Of a stretch of DNA of 64,000 nt, positions 40,024 through 51,805 are shown piece after piece (position 1 is the first letter of the stretch; every line of letters starts with the position of its first letter). This DNA comes from Macrostomum lignano. Taxonomy: Eukaryota. Location: NCBI GenBank assembly GCA_002269645.1, contig NIVC01002211.1, positions 1 to 64,000 of the forward strand, written 5' to 3'. Both the position numbers and the translations under genes were made by a program. The notes beneath the pieces were generated by a model that saw nothing but the letters and a program-made list of their open reading frames with translations, was not told the DNA's origin and ran no database searches.

Positions 40024-43000
40024 GTCTGTCTGTTTTTTGTCTGTTTGCCTGTCTGTGTCTGTTTATTTGTCTTCTGTCGTCTATTTATTTATGTATGTAT
40101 GTATCTATCTTTCTATCTATTTAATTATTAATCTATTTGTCTGTCATTTTCAGCCGGTTATCTATATCTTTGGCACTCGGTGTCGCTCTGTTCTCAGCGC
40201 CGTTAGACGATCGCACCCAGTCTAGTCTTAGCGGAGTGACATTTCCAAATGATTGCAGCTACTTGCTGTAATATTGTAGCTGTGCTATTCTATGCTTCTA
40301 AAGTATAGAAAGCTGTGTTTGTATAGTAAATAAGAAAATTAGAAACCCTATTTAGTGTTGTTGAGAGCCTCCGATATGATTGGTGACTGAATTTCTTTGG
40401 CTCAGTTCCAAAAAGAATTACGTCGGAAATTTGCGTCTGGCAAGCCATTGATAAGAGTTCTTTCAGTTAAACCGCCTCTGAAGCTTGTACGTGAATTCAG
40501 GATTTTCAGGGTGTGTCATGTAGATAGAGACTGGGTCAGGGTTGGGTCATGTCATAGATAGAGACTCGGTCAGGTTGGGTCATGTAGATAGAGACTGGGT
40601 CAGGGTTGGGTCATGTCATAGATAGAGACTCGGTCAGGGTTGGGTCATGTCATAGATAGAGACTCGGTCAGGGTTGGGTCATGTAGATAGAGACTCGGTC
40701 AGGGTTGGGTCATGTAGATAGAGACTGGGTCAGGGTTGGGTCATGTCATAGATAAAGACTCGGTCAGGGTTGGGTCATGTCATAGATAGAGACTCGGTCA
40801 GGGTTGGGTCATGTCATAGAGACTGGGTCAAGGTTGGGTCATGTCATAGAGACTGAGCCAAGGTTGGGTCATGTCATAGAGACTGAGCCAAGGTTGGGCC
40901 ATGTCATAGAGACTGGGTCAGGTTTGGGTCATGTCATAGAGACTGGGTCAGGGTTGAGTCATGTCATAGAGACTGGGTCAGGGTTGAGTCATGTCATAGA
41001 GAATGGGTCAGGGTTGAGTCATGTCATAGAGACTGGGTCAGGGTTGGGTCATGTCATAGAGACTGGGTCAAGGTTGGGTCATGTCATAGAGACTGGGTCA
41101 GGTTTGGGTCATGTCATAGAGACTGGGTCAGGGTTGGGTCATGTCATAGAGACTGGGTCAAGGTTGGGTCATGTCATAGAGACTGGGTCAGGTTTGGGTC
41201 ATATCGTAGATGGCTGATGGATAAGGGATGAATTTTGAAGTATGTATATTAAGAATGGGTCAGGGATGGGTCATGCATTTTTGCACCAGCCCTCCTATCT
41301 GGATCCCTCAGGTCACAGTAGGCTGCGGCTTTGGCTCCGGAGCCGCTGTCTCCGCCGCTGTCCACCAGCTGGACGTCAGTCGCGTCCTCACCGACGATCC
41401 AGACGACGATGGAGACGAAGATGACGATGAAGAGGACGCCGGAATGTCTGGCGGAGGCGGTGGCAGCGGCGGCGGCACTCGAGCGGACGCCTTCTCGGCC
41501 CCGGCCGGGCCAGCGGCACTGCTCAAGGCGTCAACCTCGGCTCCGGCCGGCTCCGCCCACCTGCTGGCTCTGCAGACCTCGCCGCTGCCCAACAGCCGTA
41601 GCGCCGGCCTGGCCTGCCTTCTTGAACACGCGGGCAGCGACTCCGGCAGGGCCGACACCGCCTCGGTCGCCTCAGGTTCGCCGGCTACAGTAAATCGCGA
41701 GCGCTGCAAAAAAGATTCGCACAATCGTATCGAACGGAAACGGCGGGATAATATTAATCACCAGATTAGCGAGTTGGGCGACTGCATTCCAAAGGCCTGG
41801 TTCAAGGACAGGTTAGTAGCCAATTCTTTACCCTGACCATCTTTACTACTTACTTTTCATTTAGTAAGTAGCAACTCACACCTATGACGGCCAACCCCCA
41901 AGGCACAGAGAGTGTAAATAAAAATTTTACCATTTTAATTGGCACTACTCTTTTTTTCAAATCACCCGCCCCTTTTCACAGCGATCTGAAGAAGAACAAG
42001 GGCAACATATTGAAGGCGTCAGTGGAGTACATTCGCGACATTCAGACGCAGAATGGTCGGCTGCAGGAGCGGCTGGATCTGGCTACCGATCGTCAGCGCA
42101 AGGTGGAGCAGCTCAATAGGGAACTGTTTGTGCGAATGCAGGTGAGTACAGTAGCTGCTCAAAGCTTATCTGGCTACCTTAGTTTCTGTCTATTTTAATA
42201 ATTTAGATCCCCAGTTGCTGGGCCAGCCTCCCAGGTGCTCAGTTGCTGGGCCAGCCTGTCAGATCCTCAGTTGCTGGGCCAGCCTCCCAGATCCTCAGTT
42301 GCTGGGCCACTGGCCTCCCAGATCCTCAGTTGCTGGGCCAGCCTGTCAGATCCTCAGTTGCTGGGCCAGCCTGTCAGATCCTCAGTTGCTATGTCATCCT
42401 CCCAGAGTGTCAGTTGCTGGGCCAGCCTCCCAGATCCCCAGTTTCTGTGCCAGCCTCCCAGAGTGTCAGTTGCTGGGCCAGCCTCCCAGATCCTCAGTTG
42501 CAGTGCCAGCCTCCCAGGTGCTCAGTTGCTGGGCCAGCCTCCCAGGTGCTCAGTTGCTGGGCCAGCCTCCCAGATCCTCAGTTGCTGGGCCAGCCTCCCA
42601 GATCCTCAGTTTCTGGGCCAGCCTCCCAGGTGCTCAGTTGCTGGGCCAGCCTCCCAGATCCTCAGTTGCTGGGCCAGCCTCCCAGATGCTCAGTTGCTGG
42701 GCCAGCCTCCCAGATGCTCAGTTGCTGGGCCAGCCTCCCAGGTGCTCAGTTGCTGGGCCAGCCTCCCAGATCCTCAGTTTCTGTGCCAGCCTCCCAGATC
42801 CTCAGTTTCTGGGCCAGCCTCCCAGATCCTCAGTTTCCGGGCCAGCCTCCCAGAGTGTCAGTTGCTGAGCCAGCCTCCCAGATCCCCAGTTGCTGGGCCA
42901 GCCTCCAATTTTAAACGCATCAATCCCTTTTCTCGGATCCCAGGACCTGCACAAGGTGATGATATCCCACGGAATTGCCAAAGCTGACGATGGCGACGCG

Positions 43001-43219
43001 GAATGCGGCATCGCCGGCGACGACCATCTGATCCGAGACCTGCTGTGCCTGCTGTCATCTGGCGGCGCCGATCAAGCAGCACCTGGACAGCAGGGTTTGC
43101 CGCCAGTCACAGCCGACAGTCAGGTGCAGCGGAACGCCACCGTTAAACAGGAGCCAATCGTGATAGCCTGTGACAGCGATGATTCTATGGCTGACGAGCC
43201 CGGGTCCTCCTTTAGTTGA
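36515..43219 (+). CDS. MITF: MiT/TFE family bHLH-Zip transcription factor (MITF/TFEB-like), 4 exons, ~495 aa
   Basis: Exons 36515-37066, 41312-41811, 41982-42141 and 42944-43219 are GT-AG bounded and phase-compatible. Motifs: N-terminal [17 protein letters not shown] (cf. SRILLRQQL); acidic [12 protein letters not shown]; STSAP (cf. the TFEB S211 motif); b[49 protein letters not shown]; zipper ending [11 protein letters not shown]; VKQEP SUMO consensus. The ATG at 36515 is the most likely start but is not proven. Confidence 0.92.
37100..37851. repeat. 27-bp intronic minisatellite (GTAGCTTGTATAGATGGGGAATGTCCG)
   Basis: Tandem array starting ~30-40 bp after the donor at 37067. Confidence 0.95.
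37852..38124. mobile_element. 273-bp MITE (hAT/P-like, 8-bp TSD) inserted into the 27-bp minisatellite
   Basis: Perfect TIR CATACATGCGCAAC/GTTGCGCATGTATG and perfect TSD TGGGGAAT (37844-37851 and 38125-38132). The array unit resumes after the insert. Confidence 0.92.
38690..39045. repeat. 33-bp intronic minisatellite (GATCATCATAGACTAGAGATGGAGGGTGAGATG)
   Basis: Tandem units visible. Confidence 0.92.
39478..40125. repeat. GTCT-based compound micro/minisatellite
   Basis: TGTCTGTCTGTCAGTTTGTGTGTCT units grade into (GTCT)n and then (ATCT/ATTT)n. Confidence 0.93.
40515..41205. repeat. ~28-33-bp intronic minisatellite (GTCATGTCATAGAGACTGGGTCAGGGTTGG)
   Basis: Tandem array ending ~100 bp before the acceptor at 41311. 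Confidence 0.93.
42205..42905 (+). repeat. 28-bp intronic minisatellite (CCCAGATCCTCAGTTGCTGGGCCAGCCT)
   Basis: Fills MITF intron 3; the same unit occurs inverted at ~55095-55330. Confidence 0.95.
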
Positions 43220-43721
43220 TTTGGTGCTCAATCTGCTGTGCGTTCTTTTCGCTACTCGTAAAATCCTTTTGCGCCTACTTGTCAGTAGCTGGTTGAGCGC
43301 GTTGCTCGCTAAATTCTTGTTTGGCTATATGAGAGAATTTTTTAACCCGAGCAGATTTGTTTTATAGTTGTTTTAATTGCTGCTTTTTTAAACAACAATC
43401 AAAATATAGCGAACTGGTTTGTAATTAAGGCTAAGCTCTGTGCAATCATCGTGCATCCGTTCTTGAAATGTAATTCATATAATTCATATCTCCGCTCTGT
43501 CCTAGACAAGTCATGTAGAAAAATCTGGGTTTTCTCACAATTTCTTTTGTTTTAATTTATGGCCGCTATATTGATTGCTTTATCGCTGCTTGCTTACTAA
43601 ATAGCTTCCAGCAGTACCTTTTTTCCTCGGAGTATTTTTGTTTGTAAATATTTTGTTATACTAGTGTATGCAAACAGCATCAAGTCCTCGTGTGTCCAGT
43701 ATGAGTTTTAATCAGCAGCGA

Positions 43722-43859
43722 GTCACGTGACGCGCTGGATTTTTGGTCTAGCATTGATGTACATCGGCAGCGACTGTACATAGATATATCAAACCCTCAA
43801 GGGTACGGGCAGTTAAAACCGCTAGATAAAATATTTTATTTAACAGCAAGTCACGTGAC
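43722..43859. promoter_or_regulatory. Two perfect GTCACGTGAC (CLEAR/E-box) palindromes at 43722-43731 and 43850-43859
   Basis: Exact 10-bp MiT/TFE consensus seen twice within a ~128-bp local duplication. Function is unproven. Confidence 0.45.
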
Positions 43860-44804
43860 GCATTTGGTTATCGACTTATCGGTCTAGCATTGATGTACAT
43901 TGGCCTGCGCAGAATTGAATGTGCATTATACCTCTCAGAGTGAGGGCAGTTAAAGATATTTTATCTGAGAGCAGTTCTGGACAAGCACGGGGAATGAGTC
44001 TGCAATTCGCATATTGTAAAATACATCACTTATTTAACTGTAGTAAAAACCGGTTATGTTTTGTTGCTCAATATAGCACACACATTATTAATAATTGTAA
44101 ATAATTTCTACCTTATTCAGAGTTCCAGCCGATGTTTTTAGATAGCAAAAATGATTAATATTTTGTAAATTTCTTGCGCAGAGTTTTACAATTAGTGAAG
44201 AGCGCAATGGCTTGGCTGAACTGTCGCAATGCTTCAAAAAGGTGAAAATCTCGTCATTGAGTAGCTGGCAGTTCACCGCTATTTTAATTATATTTTGTAT
44301 ATAAAAGATTGAACGTGTCGATTCCTGTACATAAAAATATTTTTAACCGCCATCAATTCGGTGACTACAATAATTGATTTTTATGGGGTTTTTGTGCTGC
44401 TTGCATCAGGGGCGATTTGAAGAAGTTTTTCTTTATTTCTGGTGCAAACCCAGCCTTCAAAATGTTGCCCTCGGCTCTGTGTCCGTACAAATTATTTTAC
44501 CGACACAAAGTTAAGACAGTGCGCGTCAAAAAATTGCTGCAGATGTTTTTCTTCTTTTTTTATTTCAGCTTTGTTGCTTCTGATTGTCGCTGTTGTTTCT
44601 TTTTCGGCCTGTCTACCTGATTTTTTGACAGAACTCCTAGATTTGATTGTAAATTTATTGAATTTGTAAATAAATCAGTTCAACTGACTTGAAATTTGAT
44701 TTTGTTTCTGCATAAATTGAAAATGAAAACTTATATGATTTCTGTTTGGTTTGTATTTTTAGCATCTATATCCTAACTCGAATAATTGGTCTTCTTCACC
44801 CAAT

Positions 44805-45470
44805 TTAGACACAGCTTGACCCATTGTGGACACAGCTTGACCCATTGTAGACAGCTTGACCCATTGTGGTTGTGGACACAGCTTGACCCATTGTAGACAC
44901 AGCTTGACCCATTGTGGTTGTGGACACAGCTTGACCCATTGTAGACACAGCTTGACCCGTTGTAGACAGCTTGACCCATTGTAGACACAGCTTGACCCGT
45001 TGTAGACAGCTGGACCCATTTTAGACACAGCTGACCCATTTTAGACACAGCTGACCCATTGTAGACACAGCTTGACCCATTGTAGATACAACTTGATCCA
45101 TTGTGGATACAGCTTGACCCATTGTAGATACAGCTTGACCCATTGTAGACACAGCTTGACCCGTTGTAGACAGCTTGATCCATTGTAGACACAGCTTGAC
45201 CCGTTGTAGACAGCTTGACCCATTGTGGACACAGCTGACCCATTGTAGATACAGCTTGACCCCTTGTGGACACAGCTTGACCAATTGTAAATACAGCTTG
45301 ACCCATTGTAGATACAACTTGACCCATTGTAGATACTGCTTAACCCATTGTAGACACAGCTTGACCCACGGTACAACTTGACCCATTGTGGACACAGCTT
45401 GACCCACGGTACAACTTGACCCATTGTGGACACAGCTTGACCCACGGTACAACTTGACCCAGTGTAGACC
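44805..45470. repeat. ~20-22-bp minisatellite (GACACAGCTTGACCCATTGTA)
   Basis: Tandem units visible. Confidence 0.94.
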
Positions 45471-45916
45471 CATTTTATGACTGCTGTAAAATTAATGGTA
45501 AATAAGCCAAAGATTGTCCGAGATTTCCATTCTAATTGGTTGCAAAGCAAATGTAGATTAAAAGGCTTATTTATGTTTCCACAGCTATTACAACCTTGCT
45601 GACTTAGTCTAATAAAGTAGCTTATCGCTCGTGAGGCTGATCAAGCAAAAAATACATGAATTACACATCATTCTGTTCATTAGGAAGTGGAAAAAATGAT
45701 AATAATATTCAAGTAATCTATGTATTCAAGTACATTGCATTGGCCAGAAGCTACGTGTTTTATAAATTTTGATGCAACACGAGAATGGGATTCGAGAAAA
45801 GTGAACGAAATTTAAAGCATCGTTTTTTACGATGTTCTTTGTTTGCGCCTTTCTGCATCCGTCAGTGCAGCATGATGTGCTGCGACTAATGAATCCGCCA
45901 ACTAAATTGTAAGCAC

Positions 45917-46983
45917 CACTGTCTAACAGGTGAGAGTCACTGTCTAACAGGTGAGTAACACTGTCTAACAGGTGAGAGTCACTGTCTAACAGGTGAGAGT
46001 CACTGTCTAACAGGTGAGTATCACTGTCTAACAGGTGAGTAACACTGTCTAACAGGTGAGTAACACTGTCTAACAGGTGAGTAACACTGTCTAACAGGTG
46101 AGAGTCACTGTCTAACAGGTGTGAGTATCACTGTCTAACAGGTGAGTAACACTGTCTAACAGGTGAGTAACTGTCCAACAGGTGAGTATCACTGTCTAAC
46201 AGGTGAGAGTCACTGTCTAACAGGTGAGTATCACTGTTTAACAGGTGAGAGTCACTGTCTAACAGGTGAGTATCACTGTCTAACAGGTGAGTATCACTGT
46301 CTAACAGGTGAGTATCACTGTCTAACAGGTGAGAGTCACTGTCTAACAGGTGAGTACCACTGTCTAACAGGTGAGAGTCACTGTCTAACAGTTGAGTAAC
46401 ACTGTCTAACAGGTGAGTAACACTGTCTAACAGGTGAGAGTCACTGTCTAACAGGTGAGTAACACTGTCTAACAGGTGAGTAACACTGTCTAACAGGTGA
46501 GTAACACTGTCTAACAGTTGAGTAACACTGTCTAACAGGTGAGTAACACTGTCTAACAGGTGAGTAACACTGTCTAACAGGTGAGTAACACTGTCTAACA
46601 GGTGAGAGTCACTGTCTAACAGGTGAGTAACACTGTCTAACAGTTGAGTAACACTGTCTAACAGGTGAGAGTCACTGTCTAACAGGTGAGAGTCACTGTC
46701 TAACAGGTGAGTATCACTGTCTAACAGGTGAGTATCACTGTCTAACAGGTGAGTAACACTGTCTAACAGGTGAGTATCACTGTCTAACAGGTGAGTAACA
46801 CTGTCTAACAGGTGAGAGTCACTGTCTAACAGGTGAGTAACACTGTCTAACAGGTGAGTACCACTGTCTAACAGGTGAGAGTCACTGTCTAACAGGTGAG
46901 TATCACTGTTTAACAGGTGAGTATCACTGTCTAACAGGTGAGAGTCACTGTCTAACAGGTGAGAGTCACTGTCTAACAGGTAA
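45917..46983 (+). repeat. 21-bp minisatellite (CACTGTCTAACAGGTGAG + TAA/AGT/TAT), ~51 units
   Basis: Tandem units visible; nearly every unit contains CTAACAG|GTGAG. Confidence 0.96.
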
Positions 46984-47180
46984 AGGCCTCTACAAAAAAT
47001 GAGAGCCAGAGCCATTATAAAACACCTGTTCTACCATCAATCAGCTGGTGAGTGCGCGCACTCCAGTTCACCAGATCCAATTCTCATCTCATCTCTTATC
47101 TGATTGGAGTGCAGCAGAATTCGAATCTGCACCAATCGGTGCGCAATATAAAAGTATATGTAGACTCAAGCAGGCTCAAG

Positions 47181-49971
47181 TTAGCGCCCTTGAACTGGCG
47201 CGGTGGACTTGCGAGCCGGCGAAGACGAACCGACCGAGCCAGTCTCTCTGGTCAGCACATCCTCTTGGACGGAGGCGACCGACGAGGCTGTGGTGACGCC
47301 GGCCTGGCGCACCATCCGGCTGCTGGTGGTGCTGGTTGAGTTCGCCGAGCAGTTGGGCGCGGCCCGGTGCGGCAGCAGTCGGACTTCGCTGAACCGCCTG
47401 TCGCCCTCCTCGCTTAGCAACCGCACTGGCACCTGGCGCCACCGCTGACCGCCGGGGTCGCCGCCAGACTGCGTGCGTCGAGCCGCTGTTGACGACGAAT
47501 GCGTCGATGACATCAGCGATGAGGAAGACGAGGCCGATTGGCTGTTCAGCTGCGAGTGCGGCGGTGGTGGTGGTGGTCGACGACGCTGAGCCTGCGGCGG
47601 CGGCGGCGGTGGCGGCTGCTCCTTTGATTTCGACAGCTTCAACTGCTCAGGAAAGACGCCATCTGTGGTAATTGACGGTGAAAAAGAGAAAAAGAGAAAA
47701 AGAGAAGTATGCGCAAAATTAAAGACGAACTTCTCTACTCAATACAGTAGAAAGTAGCGCATTTTTGCCTCAAAACTCACCGTCGACATCGTCAGCTAGG
47801 TCGTCATCCTCTTCGTCTGCCAGTTCGACTTCCAGATTTATTCCTCCGTTGCCGTTTGCTGTGCCTCTTGATGGTGAGGCTGCCACCGATGACCAATGGG
47901 ATCGAATCTGAGCAACCAGGCTGTCGCAGCTGTTGATGTTGCTCAGAAGCTGGGCGTTTCCGGCCGAAAGAGCGCGCTGTTTCGTGGGGAGAAAATACCG
48001 AGATAAGTAGGCATGACGTAATTGCACTTACTTCTTTTCAATCAGCCACCTCTCTCACTGCCCCACCCACTCCTCATTCCCAGCCACCTCTCTTACCGTA
48101 CTAGCCAGTAAATCAAATCACCTGTCAGCAAGAAATCTTTAGGCCAGTTGGTTGAAATGTCAACAATGTTATTCCCCTACAGAGATACACGGAAATCTCT
48201 CCTCTGGGATAAATATGCTAGAACTTGGGAATACTTGCCCAGTTAAGGTGTACATACGAGCGTACAAGGACAGCGATAGCTATAGTGGGTATTGGCGAAG
48301 CACACTTTCAGTGGGTCTGTGGTGTTTACACAGGGGGTTGGTTGGCTTGTCTAAACTACTAGAAAAGCACGCCTCAGTTGGCCCTCGGGACGAGTGCACT
48401 TTCGCCAATGCGGTATAATATTGGAAAGTGTGTTCATGTACAGTGCCCGCAATTCTTCCCATCCAAATTCTTCTATTCATCTTTTCTTTTAAAAAAGCAC
48501 TTTTTGATACTGTGACCTCCGCTAACACCGATACATCTTCATCAAAATTGGAATTCTTGGAGTTAGAAAGAAAGTTTATACACAGGTACGAGTAGAGATA
48601 TGGATCCGGAAGCAGGACTGGACTGGATAGCACTGGATAGACGGAGTGAGGGAGACACTGTCCAAGTTTGGACAGGCTGATCTACGAGTACAGACAGGAA
48701 CGAAAACAGCAATACATCTTGACATTAAGAAACAAAAATGACGATACCAAGACGCTAAATAGTTCACACCGCCATCAATAGAAGCATCAAACTACAAGAT
48801 TGACGTTAAGCACCGTTGGTCTCGTTTGATGGCTTTTGTGTGAATTAGCATTGAGACCAAGGACAACTTAAGTAGAAGGACGCAACACTCGAAATCTATG
48901 GTAAATGTTTTGAAGGCAACTTTTCGCCGAAAAATACACTACAGAGATAGGAGGTTTTGATTTTTTCAGCACAAAAATTGTTATTGTTTTTGATAGGAGG
49001 CAGATCCAGTGTTAATCTTCTTTTGAAATGTTGTATCTTTCTTATTGCTCTATCGATATTCATAAAGCTTTTCGTTCAGAAATAGTTTTAAAGGCAGGTT
49101 TCACCGGAAAAATACACCACGGAGATAGGAAATTTCTCGATTTTCAACACTAAAACAGTGATTGGGTCTCTTAACAGTGTCAGAGAGAGTCCTAATCACA
49201 CTATTTTGTGCCAACAAGCTGCTCTAACGACGCATTAATCGATTTTTTATATTAAATTGGTTTTGTCATTATTTTAAACGTTTTTTCAGCGTCCTAGATA
49301 TATGTTACTTGAGTAAGTCCTTGCTTGAGACACCAAGACACTAAGACATTAAGCCACTGGGACATCAAGACACCAACGCACTTGGACAACAACGCACTTG
49401 GACAACAACGCACTTGGACAACAACGCACTTGGACAACAACGCACTTGGACACCAACGCAACAAGACACCAACGCACCAAAACACCAACACACCAAGACA
49501 CCAGCGCACAGACACCAACGCACCAAAACACCAACACACCAAGACACCAACGCACAAAGACAACAACGCACAAAGACACCAACGCACAAAGACAACAACG
49601 CACAAAGACAACAACGCACAAAGATACCAACGCACAAAGACACCAACGCACCAAAACACCAACACACCAAAACACCAACACACCAAAATACCAACACACC
49701 AAGACACCAACGCACAAAGACAACAACGCACAAAGACACCAACGCACCAAAACACCAACACACCAAAACACCAACACACCAAGACACCAACGCACAAAGA
49801 CAACAACGCACCAAAACACCAACGCACCAAAACACCAACGCACCAAAACACCAACGCACAAAGACACTGCTGCCTCACCCTCTGCTGCAGCAGCCAGTCC
49901 AGTCGACTTTCAATCCGTTGAAATCTGTCGCCAATCTCGTTAACATCGGCCGACTCTTCCCTGGGCTCCAT
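47181..49971 (-). CDS. Uncharacterised protein, >=3 exons, ~256 aa, with SKA2-like N-terminal coiled coil and a long disordered tail
   Basis: Exons 49971-49879, 47976-47781 and 47662-47181 have GT-AG ends and compatible phases (0, 1). VNEIGDRFQRIESRLDWL resembles SKA2 VDKLELMFQKAESDLDYI as recalled. A middle exon may have been missed. Confidence 0.65.
49325..49865. repeat. ~16-bp CA-rich intronic minisatellite (CACCAACGCACCAAAA/CACCAAGA variants)
   Basis: Array begins ~13 bp inside the minus-strand donor at 49878. Confidence 0.92.
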
Positions 49972-51805
49972 CGTGCAAGAAGGTGTCTAGTCGTCCCTGT
50001 CCTCGCCCAGAGCTGGCAGCCGAGCAAAGTGGCAGTTGTGCAGGGCGGCTAGCTTAGATACGAATAACAACCGGGAACACTTGATCAGTACAGTTCTGCC
50101 TTCAAGTAAATCGCGCGACGCGTTTTTGGCGCTGCTGCAGAGTTTTTCCTTGAATTATTTTTATTATAAATCTCCTCTCCCAGCATTATCCCTTACCCCT
50201 GTTCCCTCCCCAGTCTGTCCACCCCAGCTTAGCCTACAATTGTCCCTCCGGGGCTTTGGCATTCTTTACGGAGGCCCAACCAACCACCATGCACGTGCGG
50301 GGCAATGGGGAATCAGGGGAGGGGGAGGGGAAAAGGCGAAGCTGTTTGGGATTTTGTTGGTGGAAAGGAAGTCCCGACTGCACACCTCTAGCGAGGTGGG
50401 AGACAAGGCATATACCTCCTCCCCCAGGGGAAGGATAAAGGAGAGATAGGGATTGCGACTTGTGAGGGTCGGACAGTAAGGAGAGCGTATGCGTTGGGGT
50501 GGCGCTTGCAATCACGTGACCTGTCCCTTATAAATCCTCCTCGTCCCTGCCGCCACTGGTCGCTGATTTTTTATTATGCATTAGTAAAGTAAAGAGCCGG
50601 GAGGACAGGAACTGTGGGGGAGGCACCCTACTCCCCAATGTGCATCATGCGACAGTGGATCAGAGTGAGGGCCTATTTATAATTGCTGTTGGCTTGACGC
50701 GAAACTCAAACCTTGTTAATTGGACAGCTCTCTCTGTCCAAGAAGTGTGTAGAGCCTTACCTGAGTGGCTCTAATAGTGGTATATTGGCACCTGTCAATC
50801 AATCTTTACTTGCTCACGAGTGTCTAGGATGGGATATCTGAGTTACTAATTTGCTCATTTGTTCGAGGCCTCTAAGATCTGTATTGTTGTACGGGTATTT
50901 GGGAATCAAAGGCAATTTTTCAGGTCTTGCGTGTGATCAGGAGTCAGCGCAATGGGCCACCACTGGTTGTGGGAAGATGTTGCCCAAGGCGCTGCGCCAG
51001 GGTGCGCTAACTGGAAATTGCATTTAGCTTACTGATTAATTAACAGATGCAATGCACTCACAGGACGAAGACAGACACAAGCAGAGTACGAACATCACAA
51101 TGATTGTCTTGCATAAGCTGTTGTTTACACTAACAGCTGACAATGACAAGCTCTCTCTCTCTTTCTTACCTAGCTAGCTGTCACAACCTCAGCACTTGAG
51201 GGTAGAGCAGTACAGTATTCGTTTTCAGATGGGTGGGTGGGTGAGTCTGTTTTGGAGGGATTGACAGATAGCAACTAAATCCAGGAGGTTTAGCCGAGTA
51301 TCCCTGTCCTTGCTCTTCGGCTAATTGTTAATCAATTTATAGCTTTATTTAGCAAATTAATTATGTTAATGTCTGAAGCAAAGGGAGCAGACGAGTGAAA
51401 TTCTGTTTGAGAAAGCTTACAAGCAGTTTATATTGCAAATCGGTGAGTAGATAGATACTGGTTAATTTTATTAACATTAACAATTATTATAATTAACGTG
51501 TTTGATTAACGTGTTTGGAGAAGGACTCTGGTGGATGTCCAGTGTCTCTATGAAGGACTCTGGGGGTATCAGTGTCCCTAATGAAGGATTCTGGACGTCT
51601 GTTACCTAATGAAGCCACTTAAAGCCACTGATCAGGGGGAGGAAACTAATGTTATCCCAAAGGACAAGGACCCCTATGTGTAACTTTTGGACTGGATCAA
51701 CGTTTTTACGTAAAAGTAAAAGCTGTAGGATTTTACAGTGATTAGCAGCTAATCAAGCACCTGCCTGAAGATGAAGACTTTTCAGCCCACAGGTTCATTG
51801 CGTCG

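Noticed and set aside
42215-42987. ORFs [16 protein letters not shown]..
   Set aside because: Intronic 28-bp array; the spliced bHLH-Zip reads correctly only if it is removed.
46128-47015. 295-aa (LLDSVTH)n leucine-repeat ORF on -
   Set aside because: Translation of the 21-bp array; no unique coding context.
48280-48767. ORFs inside the SKA2-like intron as the missing middle exon
   Set aside because: No SKA2-like helix, low GC, and no convincing phase-0 splice pair.
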